Shown here piece by piece: positions 53,101 to 64,000 of a DNA stretch of 64,000 bases (within the stretch, counting starts at the first letter, position 1; the number at the start of each line of letters is the position of its first letter). This DNA is from Sphagnum compactum (Eukaryota): positions 11,222,001 to 11,286,000 of the forward strand of contig OZ234494.1 of NCBI GenBank assembly GCA_965153455.1, written 5' to 3'. The position numbers were made by a program, and so were the translations under genes. A model generated the notes under the pieces. It was not told the DNA's origin and ran no database searches. It saw only the letters and a list, made by a program, of their open reading frames with translations.

Positions 53101-53804
53101 AAAGCCCTCTTTTAATGGGTTGCTACCTAACAATGTGTTTTCATTTTAAGATCTATGTTTTTATTCTATAGATTTGATGTCAAGCTAATAGCCACTTAAT
53201 ATTAAGTTAAACACTCACATTTTGTGTGCCATTTAGGATTATTTCACCTAAGATTTGATGTTAGTTAACATTCTCAATGTGAATGCAACAAAAAAACAAC
53301 TTGCCACTCTTATTAAGATGACCTTAGTAGCATCAAGTGCGGTTGTATAGTTGATGAGTTCAAGCTTAAGAATTTGAGCAAATGAGAGGGAAAAGTCCCC
53401 TTATTTTGGGGTCCATTGTGGTGAAAGAGGGTCATGGAGAGGTTTACCCATCTACCCCCAACCAATTATGGTTTATCCGAAGCAAGTTAGATAGACCTGA
53501 GTAACACCTACTATGAGTTCAATAAGGAGTATTCGAATTCAATAGATATTTTCATGCCCGATAGAGCCATCCTTTCGCTTTTCAAAATGCCCCAATCCAT
53601 TGACGACAGGAAGAAATTCCACTAGATAAGGTGCCCTCCGGATACACTAGATATTTTTCTTCTTGGGGTGGTGCTTTATGTATGCTTTAAGAAGTACCTA
53701 TTGTTCTAGTCAGCCATGGATGGATGCGTGAAGAAGGTTCCGGATGAGTCATGGGTCTCCTGAGTCTCAAACACTATTGTGTCAAGGTCATCTTTTATCC
53801 GGGT

Positions 53805-53976
53805 TAAAGGATTGACCCTTGATTGACCCTAAGGTGGGGTAAAGGATCAAACCCTTGATTGACCCTAACTAAGGTGGGGTAAAGGATCAACCCTTGATGA
53901 CCCTAAGGTGGGATAAAGGATCGAACCCTTGATGACCCTACCGTGGGATAAAGGATCAAACCCTTGATGACCCTAG
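53805..53976. repeat. About 33-38-bp minisatellite, 5 copies
   Basis: Repeated TAAAGGATCAAACCCTTGA(T)TGACCCTAAGGTGGG. Confidence 0.92.
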
Positions 53977-56900
53977 GGTAGTATTACGGAGATGCCCTCA
54001 AGTGGGCATGATGAGATACCCCCTCCGTAAACGTAACTTGTTTGTTTGACGTTATGCGTTCCATACGCATAATTGACTTTGTTGTTCCAACCCATCTTTC
54101 CACCACGTGACAAATTCCACTTTGAAATATGTTAAATTGTCAAGTGGGTTCTATTGTTTAATGTTCTGGTTTTGTAACTTTGTTTATGATTTCCTCACAA
54201 GTGGGCAATACCGTAAGTAAGTAAGTAAAGTACCTTGGCCACTTACTTCGACACATGTTTGTCGAATAATTAATTAATTAGTTTTGAGCATTCCATTTCG
54301 ACAAATGGCCCAAATCTTTCATCGGATTTGTTTATTTTGCTTCAGAAATAATATTTGTGAGAAAATTATATGTATTTGAAAATTTCAACATTTTCTGAAG
54401 ATAACATAATTAGTGTTGAACTTTGCCAAGATACTACATTAATCTTTCTCTCTCTCATAAATGTTACATGTGGGGCTATTTTTTTTCCCCCCTTTTTTTG
54501 AATTTTTTCTTATTAAAAACTTCACAAATTATTTTTTTCTTCCAAAAATTAGCAAAATTAGTTGAATTTACACTAGAAAAAAACGTTTTTTCAAAAAAAA
54601 ACTGCTATATTTCCTCAAGTGGATTACTTAGTAGTACAGATTTAATATTTGCACAAGTTTTGCCAGTGGATGTATCAAAAAAATTTGAAAATGTGAGCAA
54701 CAAGTGGGGGCTATGCAGGGTTAATAAGTGGGTCAAATTTGGAAATTAAAAAAAATAAAACAAAAAAAAAATAATCACCATATTTCTGTATTAGGTTCAG
54801 ATATATGCTAGGTAATTAAAAAATGTAGAAAGATGCTTAAATTTGACTTTCATATGTTTCTAGCAAAAATTGGCTACACATATTATTTTATTACTTATTA
54901 CGTAGGGGGATGATCACCAAGTGGGTTACATTGAAAATAATTTAGAAATAATTTAGAAATAATTACAAATAAAATAAAATAAAATAATTTTTTAAAAAAA
55001 AACTTGAAAGGAGTGCCTAAAACTAAGGACATTAGGACATCAAACCCAAAAAAGAAAAAAGGGGAAAAAAGAAAAGGGAAAATGCCACATCAGATCTCCG
55101 GGGGGTGGGGGGGGATCTCTGGGCTTTTCTTATCCATGGGTTTGCTCTTGACCAATGGTCTGGGTTAAAACGGTTGCAGGCCATCTCATACTCTTAGTGT
55201 GGCAGGTACTTTAAATAAGAGACCCAAGTTGGCCACATGTCAGACGTGGTGGGTCCATGCATCATGATGATGATGATGACTGGCATCCTTGCCTTTGAAA
55301 TCCAAGTAGAAAGCTTCTCTATAGTTAAGTTAAGGCCCTCCCTATTTCCTTCCACCAAGGGTTTAATTAACCCTATATATGTCCCTAGTTGGAGGTATTA
55401 TAGTGGTTTTGTGTCCCTATGTGAATAAATAAATAAAAGAATAAATTTTAAAGCCATAATGTGAATAAAGATGGTTATTGATTTTTTCATAATTGTTGGG
55501 TAAGTTATTTTTTATGAAAAAAAGGGTATCAACTAGATTATTATCAATATCAATATCATGGCTTAATGCATACCTACCAATTGTTGCTTAAGTCTTGCCT
55601 TTGCTTTCATGCTTATAATGTTGTGATTTATGTTTGATGGGTTTCCCTCACATTCAATTGCAAGGGCCCCCCATTCATTTTGTCGATCATGAGAAAATTG
55701 AGCCTTGAACAAATCACCCCCCTAGTTTGGGAAATTTGGACAAGAGCTCCTTTAACTATAGGTCTATCTTTTTTCAATAAAAATGTCTTGAAATCATGGG
55801 TGCTCAATAGCTATTGACTATGCATCCTAGATTTGAAAAGTTCAAGGTTTCAGCAATTGAACCCTAAACCCCTCCTCCATTCCTTCGTTCATTGGAATAC
55901 CTTCATTCCAAAAACAATGTTCACAAATGCCCCATGGATACTTTCCTTGAGTTCATTGAATACCACCCACTTCAAAAGCAATTATTGAAAAAATCTCCTT
56001 TCAATGCCATTGAAGAAATTATTTGTCATACCAACACAAAAATATCTTTTAATTGAAAGCAAAAGTGTAGATTGTCAAATGACCAATTCGAGTATTTTGA
56101 GTGTCGGCAATTGTTAGTGGAAAATTTGTTCTTGCAATGGAAATCTAATGTGACCCATCAATGAACCCTTTTTAAACTTGAAAACTATTTCACCTTCTCG
56201 GGAATCTTCGATGAAAAATACAAGCTTCAATGTGAAAGCTTTGTGAATGAATGAATTAGTTGAACATCATTAAATTGTCATTCACAATCAATTGTTTCGT
56301 AGGTACCTAGTAGGAATTGATTCGATTGAAGCCCAAAGATTTATATGTTTGTCAAAAAAAAAATACATAACTTGTAAGTGAAACAAGAATGAATTTATTT
56401 TGTTCAAGCTCTGAATGCTTGTTGAACCTTCAAAGAACTAATGAACTCTTTATCAATATTCACTTTTCTTTAGTGGGGAACAAGTTTTGTCTTTTGCACC
56501 CAAAGCTTCTAATGGATGTGAATGATAAATAAGAATTCAATGTGATCTAATGAAGTAATAAAATTTTAACAAATTTTAAAATGTTACAATTGGCCATTTT
56601 GGCAAGTAAAACTTTTAATGATGGTTATTTTGTTGTCGATTTCATTTGTGCATGAAATCTAACTTCCACAAATACTTATTTGTACTTATTTGTCTTTGTT
56701 ACACACAAACTCTTTTTAGTGCCCATGTTGATCTGAACAAATTTTAGATTGCCTACTTATTACCTTCCCTTTGGAATCACATCAATGCTTTCAAGATTAG
56801 AATATCATACTACCTTGGCGGCTTTCACACTAATTAAATTAGATTAAATTATTGGTAGAAATGTTGAAAATTTCAAAAAGTCGTTTTTTCAAACACAAAA

Positions 56901-58859
56901 AAATTGTGAAGAAAAATAGAGAATATATTGGAATATTATTTTTTGGACATGGAATCCTTGAATTTAATTAATTATTCAGCATTCGTGTGAGTGTTGAAGT
57001 TGCCCTTGTGCCACAATACTCCATTTCTATTTAAACACCAAGGAACATAAATCTTTCAAGGAGCTTTAGAACATATATCCTTTCAAAGTGTCAAAGAATT
57101 ACACAAAGGGCTCATAATTGATCACTTGTAAGCTAAGAATTCAACACAAAAAATACCATTTGGGCGTGGTCTTAACAAACCCAAGAACATATAGCAAAAA
57201 AGCCATCACCTTGGCAAAAATATGAGTTTTTAGAAAAAGGCCTTTATACATCTTTAATGATAAAAATGAACAAAGGCAAGGAAATGAAGTGTGTAGAGTA
57301 TTTTCAATTTTGGTTGAAATTGACCTTATATATTAAATATGCCATATTCATGTTCATGCTTTTGTTCTCATGAGTTCACACTTTTTATGTTATGAAATCT
57401 TTGAACTTTTTCTTCTCTTTTCTATTTGATGCATTGGGTTGGTCACCAAGCTTTGCCAAGGAGAATTGCTTTCATGGTTAAAAGCAACCTTTGTGGGTTT
57501 GGTCAATCTAGCCTATGAAAATGGAGAACAAGCAAAAACCCAAACCAAATTAAGAGTGATGTAAATAAGGCTTGACGTTTTTGAAGGGGCACAAAAAACC
57601 TTTGCAAGGAACCCAATTGAACCACTTGCTTATCTAGACTGGTGAATCATCTCAAACTTTCAACACAAAGGGGGCGGGCAACCCAAATTTATTTGGTTTC
57701 TTTTAAGCGATGATAAGCGTAGGATAAAGCCCGGGGTTGACGACTTGACCGATTGTGAAGACATGTTTCGATTTGTTTTTCCTTTGTTTTCCCAATCGAT
57801 GCTCTATGGCAAAATGGAGTGTCCGTCTTTACATTTCCCTTTTAGTGAGACCAAGAACTCTTGGTGCTTCAAATCCATGGTTGGTGAAGAGATACAAGAA
57901 ATGGTGATCCAAGGGGGGGATATTAACCTTCCCACTCAATGGTGTTAAGGGCTAATTTAGGTTTAGAGAGAAAGAGAGAGAGAGAGAGAGATAGAGAGCC
58001 CATTGAAGGTATGGTAATGCAGCCTTCAAGCCACAGCAATGAGATGGGACCCATCCAAAGCTCATTACAAAGGAATGAGCTTCTGCGTAGGGACCCCACA
58101 CAGACAGTATAAAACACCCAATTTCCTACACACCAAACTTTTGATCTTTATTGTTTTAGAACCAACCCCCCCCCCCCCCCCCACCCTTTCTCCCACACCT
58201 AATAATTGACAATTTACCTTTTAGCCTTAGGAAAAGATTTCTTTTGTTGTATGAAAGTGCAAAGCACTCAAAGCGAACAATTTAACATTGGGATGCCCCT
58301 CCGGCTCCCCCCTTCCGGGTCTTCGAGTCCCTCCCTCGGGATGGATATACGAGTTTAGAACATGCCTAAATTTGTCTTGGTACCCTCTAGCCGAGGGGCT
58401 CCTATTTGGTTGCCATGAGCTGTGCATAGAGAAATAATTTCCCGTAAACTGGTCTACTTCCGTGTTTTTTTGACAAAGAAGATGAACAAGGAACACTTAT
58501 TTTTTATTATTATTTTGCTTTTGGAGTTTCCCTTTCCCCCAACAGGCAAGAGTAGGTAGATGCTTCTTCTGTGTTTTAATTAATAGGGCATGTGTTGTGA
58601 CCTCAAGTTCATGTAGAGAATGAGATTAAGCTCCCCTAATTTGTGGTATTGTGGCTCTAAGGTCCCTCTGACCTCTACCCCGTGGTGCTCCTAAGCCTAC
58701 GGTTTGGGTACACTAAGGGACCGGTGGGTGGGGGCTGGCGGGATGGTTGGGGGGGGTGGGGTTTTGCCAAGTGAAAAAAATTGACTGCCGAAAAAAAAGC
58801 TGCAAAGGATCACCCTTCCTCCTCCTACCTACTCAATTTTTTTTCCCTTTGGTACCGAC

Positions 58860-60005
58860 CAGTGATTTTTGTGTGGCAAAAATTTTGCCATTTTGCTCTG
58901 AGAAAAAAACTCCCAAGCAACATAGTCAAGGAAACTTTTTGAAAAATTTCCAAAATAAATCAATCGTCAAGAGAAAGTTATTTAATCGCCAAGAGTTTTG
59001 GAGGATTTGGGCACATTATAGCCTTTTTTAAAAATTTAAATCGCCCATATTTACCCTAATAGGTTCTAGTGATTCATCAACATGTAATAGTCCTAAAATT
59101 TCTACTTGTATATTTGTTTTTGTCTTGTAACCCGATTTGGCTAAATCCTCTTACACATGGCTGATCGCCACTTTTGGTGCAACATGAGAAAATTGTGGCA
59201 AAAAAAAAACAAAAGAGAGAAAAAAAAAAACCACTGGTACTACTACTCACGCGCTCTTTTTCTCACTAAATATTGCACCAAAAATAAACAAAAATAAAAT
59301 GCTGCAAGAACAATAAATAATAAGGGGGGGGGGAGGGGGAGGGGGGGTAAAATTATTTAATAAAATGCTTTTTTTAAAAACGTACGATAGATACCCTTCC
59401 TAATTTCGTACCGGTACTGCTACTCCTGCTACTGCAAGTGGGCTGAAATGATGTGCTGTGGAACAACAAACAAAAGGCCCCCCCCCCCCCTCTCCCCGGC
59501 CACGCGCCCGCCTGGGCCCACTTGCAACTTGTAAGTTACATGGAGAAGTCGCCAATGAGTGCATCATTGCTACATGCTAGGAACCCACTTGCGAAATATG
59601 GCGATATATTATTTTTTAAAAACTATATAATTTTGGCGACTAGAAAACCCCAAAACAACCACATATATATATTTAGCCATTTTATAAATTTCTTTTACCC
59701 AGGAGAAAAAAAAGGGCTTCTGTTACAGTGGGACCATCCAGTCGATCCCAGATGCATGAACTGGTGACCATCCATAATACAGTTTAGCCAAATTTGACTA
59801 TAAACAGTATATGAAAGTTGAAATTAAAAAACAGAAAAAAAGTTTAAGAGTCTGTAACAATTTTTTTGGCTACATTGTTATGAACGCAATAGAGAGATTT
59901 GGCGATATTTTAAAACTGTAAAAAAAATTGGCTACTAGAAAACCCCCAAAAAAACCAAATATAATTATTTTAGCCATTTATAATTTTCTTTTAGCCAGGA
60001 AAAAA
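58860..60005. mobile_element. Fragments of a short dispersed non-autonomous repeat family, in both orientations
   Basis: TGGCGATAT...TTGGC(G/T)ACTAGAAAACCCC...TTTAGCCATTT...TTTTA.CCAGGA is duplicated at 59599-59712 and 59900-60006. Related TTTGGCTA(A/C)A...TGATC(G/A)CCA segments occur at about 59136-59178 and 54870-54930. TIRs and TSDs were not resolved. Confidence 0.45.
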
Positions 60006-60630
60006 GAAGGTAACCGTAAAATTGGGGGGTGCGTAGGTAAACTACGGTACAGTCCCACAAAAAGAAACCCAATGGGATGAACTTGCCTGATTGATGTACC
60101 AGTAGTTAAGGGCCACTCTACTTACGCAAGTGGGCTAGCTAGCTTACCCCACATTGTACTGCTTTCTTTCGGCCTGTGTCTTTAGTGCGCCCCACTTGCC
60201 GAGGGAAGGAACAAGAACCAGAACCCCCCCCGCGTCCTCGTCCCTTCTCTAGAGGTTGTTTGCTTTGCTTTGATTTCGCGTGTACCAGAGCTTTGCCGTT
60301 GTCTGTGTGATGGTTGTCGTCGTCGTCGTCGTCGTGGATTGTGTCGTAATGAAGTGAAACATACCGGCAGTGTCTTTGTTTTGCTTTGTAGCCGCTGAAG
60401 AAGAAGAAGTTTGCTTTCTTGCTGTTTGGTTAAAAGTTTTCCCAAGTTTTTTTGCTCGAAAGGTCGTGTTGGTGTGGTTTGTTTGCGGGACTTGAATGCT
60501 AGTTCGCTTGGTTTTCTTGCTGCTGTAGACCGTTGAGAGAGACAGCCGCAGACACAGAAACATAGATAGGGCAGACAGACAGACAGAGACAGAGAGAGGA
60601 GAGCTGTAATTATTATAGGAGTTAAGAAGG

Positions 60631-63588
60631 ATGTGTTTTCCACCGGAGATCTCAGTGCCGGCTCTGCCGGCGTTTGCGCGGGTGCGAGATTGGCGAGGGG
60701 AAGAGCGAGGATCAAAGGCGTGGAGACCGTCGTCCGTTCTATTTGAGCGGCCAGAGAAGTGGAGTGCGGTGCCTGATGGAGCAGCTCTAGATGTTGATGC
60801 TGATGCTGATGATGCCAGGAGTTTTTGTGATCGGGGGGCAGTCAACCGTAACCACGTGGACGACGCTGCGGAGATTTGTGCTGCAGGCATTAAGCTGCCG
60901 CTGCAATCACCTGCTGCGGCTAAGACGGCGGCACTTGATCTGTCAGAGCAATCTTTGATTCCTGCGCGGTATGCCGATCTCTTTCTTCACCGGGCCTTTC
61001 TTGCATTTCACCAAAGAGTTTCGCTTGCTGCTGCTTCCGGTCCGTCTACCGTTAGGGTACTATGTTTCTGATGTGACATGATGTAACGTAGGCCGAGGAT
61101 CGAACCCCCGGCGACGTGATGGTCGAGCTCTCTTCGTCTCAGATGCCTGAGCACATATGAATGCTTCTGACATTGGCTTGATTGTTTCTTTCATGACGGG
61201 ACAGGGCACTGGAGAGACGAGGGAGTCTGCCACCGGTATCTGGAGGAGGGGCCATATACCATGAGCCTCTCGAGATGGTGGTGGCTGCCTCCTCAGCCAT
61301 ACCTCAGCAGCAGCTGCACAGGACAAATGAAGAGGCAGGGTTTGCAGCATGGCAGGAGCAGCAGATGTTTCTGAATGCAGATTTGTACATGAAGAACGAA
61401 GTTCCCATTCTGGATGGAGTGGAAATTGATGCCCCTCTTCAACAGTCGTCGGACCTCGAGATTCCAATTGCTAAGTTTGATGAGACACCTGCTGTTGCAG
61501 AATATTCAGACTTGGAGAAGCTGGAATCAGAGCTACTTGAAGGAGGAAAGGGACTGAGTGGGCTTCTGCAACCAGAGCTGGTTGATGGTGAGACTCCTCC
61601 TGAGCTTGAAAATGCAGGCTCGTTCTCCGCATGGTTCGACTGCACCGCGAAGAATGACCCTGAAGTGGAAGAACCTTCAGTGATCAAAGAAAGCTCAAGC
61701 GCTGCAAGTTTTGATGTGGATACCAAACCTGCGAAAAAGGCTCCTAAGCTGACGAAAGGTGGGAAGAAACAGAAACCAGCTCCTGCAGTCCAGAGTCATG
61801 AAGGTGCGGACGCTGACACGGATGATGAGACAGAGCCTGTTCTCATCGATGAAAAGAGGAAGAGAAGGTAATTACCAAATCCTCATCTTTGTAACATGTA
61901 TCGATGGATATAGTCATGTCCACATAAGAAGTACATCTCTTTGACTTGCTGCTTTGTGAGAAAATCAAATCCTTTTTGGATGATGCAGAAACTTTGGAAT
62001 TTGCCTCTATCAATTCCTGTGCACAGATCTCTTGTATTCCCTAAGCAACTCTTCCTGAGTGCTGTGTTTTGGAATATACAAGGCTGCAAACATCTGTCAA
62101 ACGGCTGTAGATGATGTCTTCTGTCTAGATGATGCAGGTGGGTCCATGCTTTAGGTTTCTAGCCATGAGTATGTCTTATTTTCTTAGAAGGGGACATATT
62201 TTGACATCTGGAGTAGCATATTCTGAATAGTGTATTGATAATACTCAGAGCTATACTTTGGTTCTGAACTATACAACACCTTGCTTTGCAAGCTAGCAAT
62301 CTGATATTAGTTTAACTGCAATGTTTTGAAGGATGCTGTCCAATCGTGCATCAGCACAGCGGTCACGGCAAAGGAGACAGGACCGCCTGGATCAGCTTGA
62401 GGTTTTGGTATGATCTCTTTCTTTTCTTCAGGAACTTGTCCTCTTTAAAGCTGCATAAAGCCATTTATGTTATGTGCTTATTGTTGCTTGGACTTCCTGA
62501 ATTCCTTGGATTTGAAGTCTATTTGCACCATGATGTTGTTTGAAAATGTCTTGGATTCATGTGATGCTGATCCTCATGGACGGATGGGATTGTTTTTGTA
62601 GACTGCTCAGTTAAGAGTGGAGAATGCATCCCTGTTGCGCAAGTCAAATCTTGCTTTACAGCTGGCCAGGAAGTTTGAAGGTGAAAAGAAACGGCTCCTG
62701 GAGAAGACGGAAAATTTGACCAAGGAGCTACTTGAGGCTAGGAAAATGGGGCCTGCCACAGCCAAGCTGCATGAAGAATGTCATAGCAGTCCCAATACCA
62801 GCACTGACGTCAGTGAGATTGTAAGCCACTATCTAGTCCTTAGACATGTATCTGGATATCAGTTGTACATCCCCTGCCTTACTAGTGTGTATGCCATTAA
62901 AGCGCACTTCCCAAGCTTTGAATGGTTGTCAACTGGATTATTTTAACTTCTAACCATGAACATAGCTCCTAAGACATCACGAGACATAATCTCATATATA
63001 GGTGTAATGAGCAATCTGGATCTAGAATTTGCTAGCAATTGATTGACTTGCCCAACATTGTAGTTCTGACACCTTGCATATGGTACTCAATAGGCTGGAG
63101 AGGCAGATTTTTCACCAGCAGTGAAGTCGAAACCTGAGAAATTGCAAGATGATGAGAAGAACCCACTTCAGTCAGTGGGAAGTGGAAGCTATGTGACTGT
63201 CGATGATCAGATGGACACAAGCGGAGATACAGATACAACAGAAGATACAGACATGACAGCAGACTGCAACAATTGGAGACCAGAATCCCATAAGGCTTTC
63301 CAAGTTTCTGACGAAGAAGATGCAGCAACGATGGTTAAGATGGCTAGCATCAGATCACCCACAAGCTGTAAGACTGGTGGCAACAATGCTCAGGTTTTCC
63401 AGCTGCCAATGAGCCTCCCTCAAGACAGCCTGCTCAGTCCAGTGGAGGTTCCAGTGACTGATTCCGATTACCTTTTCAAGGAAATTTGTGACTTGTTCGA
63501 CAATTCTTGTACCAACAACGACAGCGACATCCTGAATGAAATGGATCAGAATTGGTTGGAGAGTTTTGCTGAGTGTTTGAATGCTTGA
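60631..63588 (+). CDS. bZIP transcription factor, group C-like, 5 exons, about 596 aa
   Basis: Exons 60631-60968, 61205-61867, 62332-62407, 62602-62820 and 63094-63588 total 1791 nt with consistent phases. bZIP domain DEKRKRR|MLSNRASAQRSRQRRQDRLDQLEVL|TAQLRVENASLLRK has the N-x7-R motif and a long heptad zipper, with intron positions like group C bZIPs. Joining exon 1 (donor CG|GTATGC at 60969) is the least certain part. Confidence 0.85.
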
Positions 63589-64000
63589 AATATTGCAGTC
63601 GTGGTTAATCTGCGAGTTTCAATATTTGAAACCTTTGTCACCTTTGCATTGTGGGGTATCATCAAACTGGGAGGTCCTGGGTTTGCAAAACTGAACAGGC
63701 ATCTAGTGTTGATTTTGTCAGACACATTGTCTCTTCTTGGATTGCAATGATGGTATCAGGTTGACAGAACCCGGTTCTCTGGCTTGTAGATTTCTCGGAA
63801 GGAGAGTCTGTGTGTCTCTGTCTGTCTTTAAGGAGCCTTGTAAGCTCATGTGTTGCAAGCCTTTATGCAGAAATGCAGAAACTGGGAGACCTATCTTCTT
63901 GCCATGATGAACATGAGCTCGCCACCAAGTTGTGATAAATACCAATATACTACTGTATCTTATATATATTCAGCTAAATGTGGAGTTTGTAAACTGTCAG

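Noticed and set aside
53805..53976. Short regularly spaced repeats as a CRISPR-like array
   Set aside because: Units are contiguous without unique spacers, there are no cas genes, and the context is eukaryotic; this is a minisatellite.
55600..56520. Possible Helitron or transposase relic
   Set aside because: The minus-strand frames I translated by hand over part of this stretch were broken by stops and showed no convincing catalytic motif; it cannot be named without an HMM search.
60182..60890. Long minus-strand ORFs (177 and 213 aa) overlapping the bZIP 5' end
   Set aside because: GC-rich, SSR-containing antisense shadows with non-ATG starts and no recognisable domain.
60971..61081. 36-aa ORF MPISFFTGPFLH...LGYYVSDVT, faintly like the S1-bZIP sucrose-sensing uORF (ends YYVS); a nearby ORF at 60791-60958 contains RRRHLICQS
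   Set aside because: A strong donor at 60969 (CG|GTATGC) joins ORF 60631 in phase to the acceptor at 61205. That makes the first ORF intronic and the second an off-frame shadow of exon 1. The conserved SFSVxFLxxLYYVS core is absent. Junction reads would settle it; a donor at 61057 would instead fuse the 60971 ORF in frame to the bZIP.

Overview
Eukaryotic land-plant nuclear DNA, not prokaryotic. The evidence is GT-AG introns, microsatellites and TTTAGGG telo-boxes; the style is bryophyte-like (possibly Sphagnum), which is inference only. I rebuilt six intron-containing genes by hand: a ZIF/ZIFL-type MFS transporter (+, 4796-11116), Misato/DML1 (-, 12256-16372), TPLATE (-, 23351-29737), NOP58 (-, 31536-34854), a small chloroplast membrane protein resembling Arabidopsis At3g51510/FPB1 (+, 35892-37219), and a group C-like bZIP transcription factor (+, 60631-63588). 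About 17-22.5 kb and 37.3-60.2 kb are AT-rich, repeat-laden intergenic DNA with no supportable genes. The most interesting signals are regulatory. First, a box C/D-like (K-turn) motif straddles a candidate 5' splice site in the NOP58 leader, suggesting autoregulation. Second, a duplicated splice acceptor in the ZIFL gene leads straight into an in-frame stop. Third, two dense clusters of CAAGTGGG lie upstream of the bZIP. There is also a near-perfect 46-bp hairpin and a poly-Met uORF. All of these are hypotheses from sequence alone. No rRNA, tRNA, CRISPR array or intact transposon was seen.
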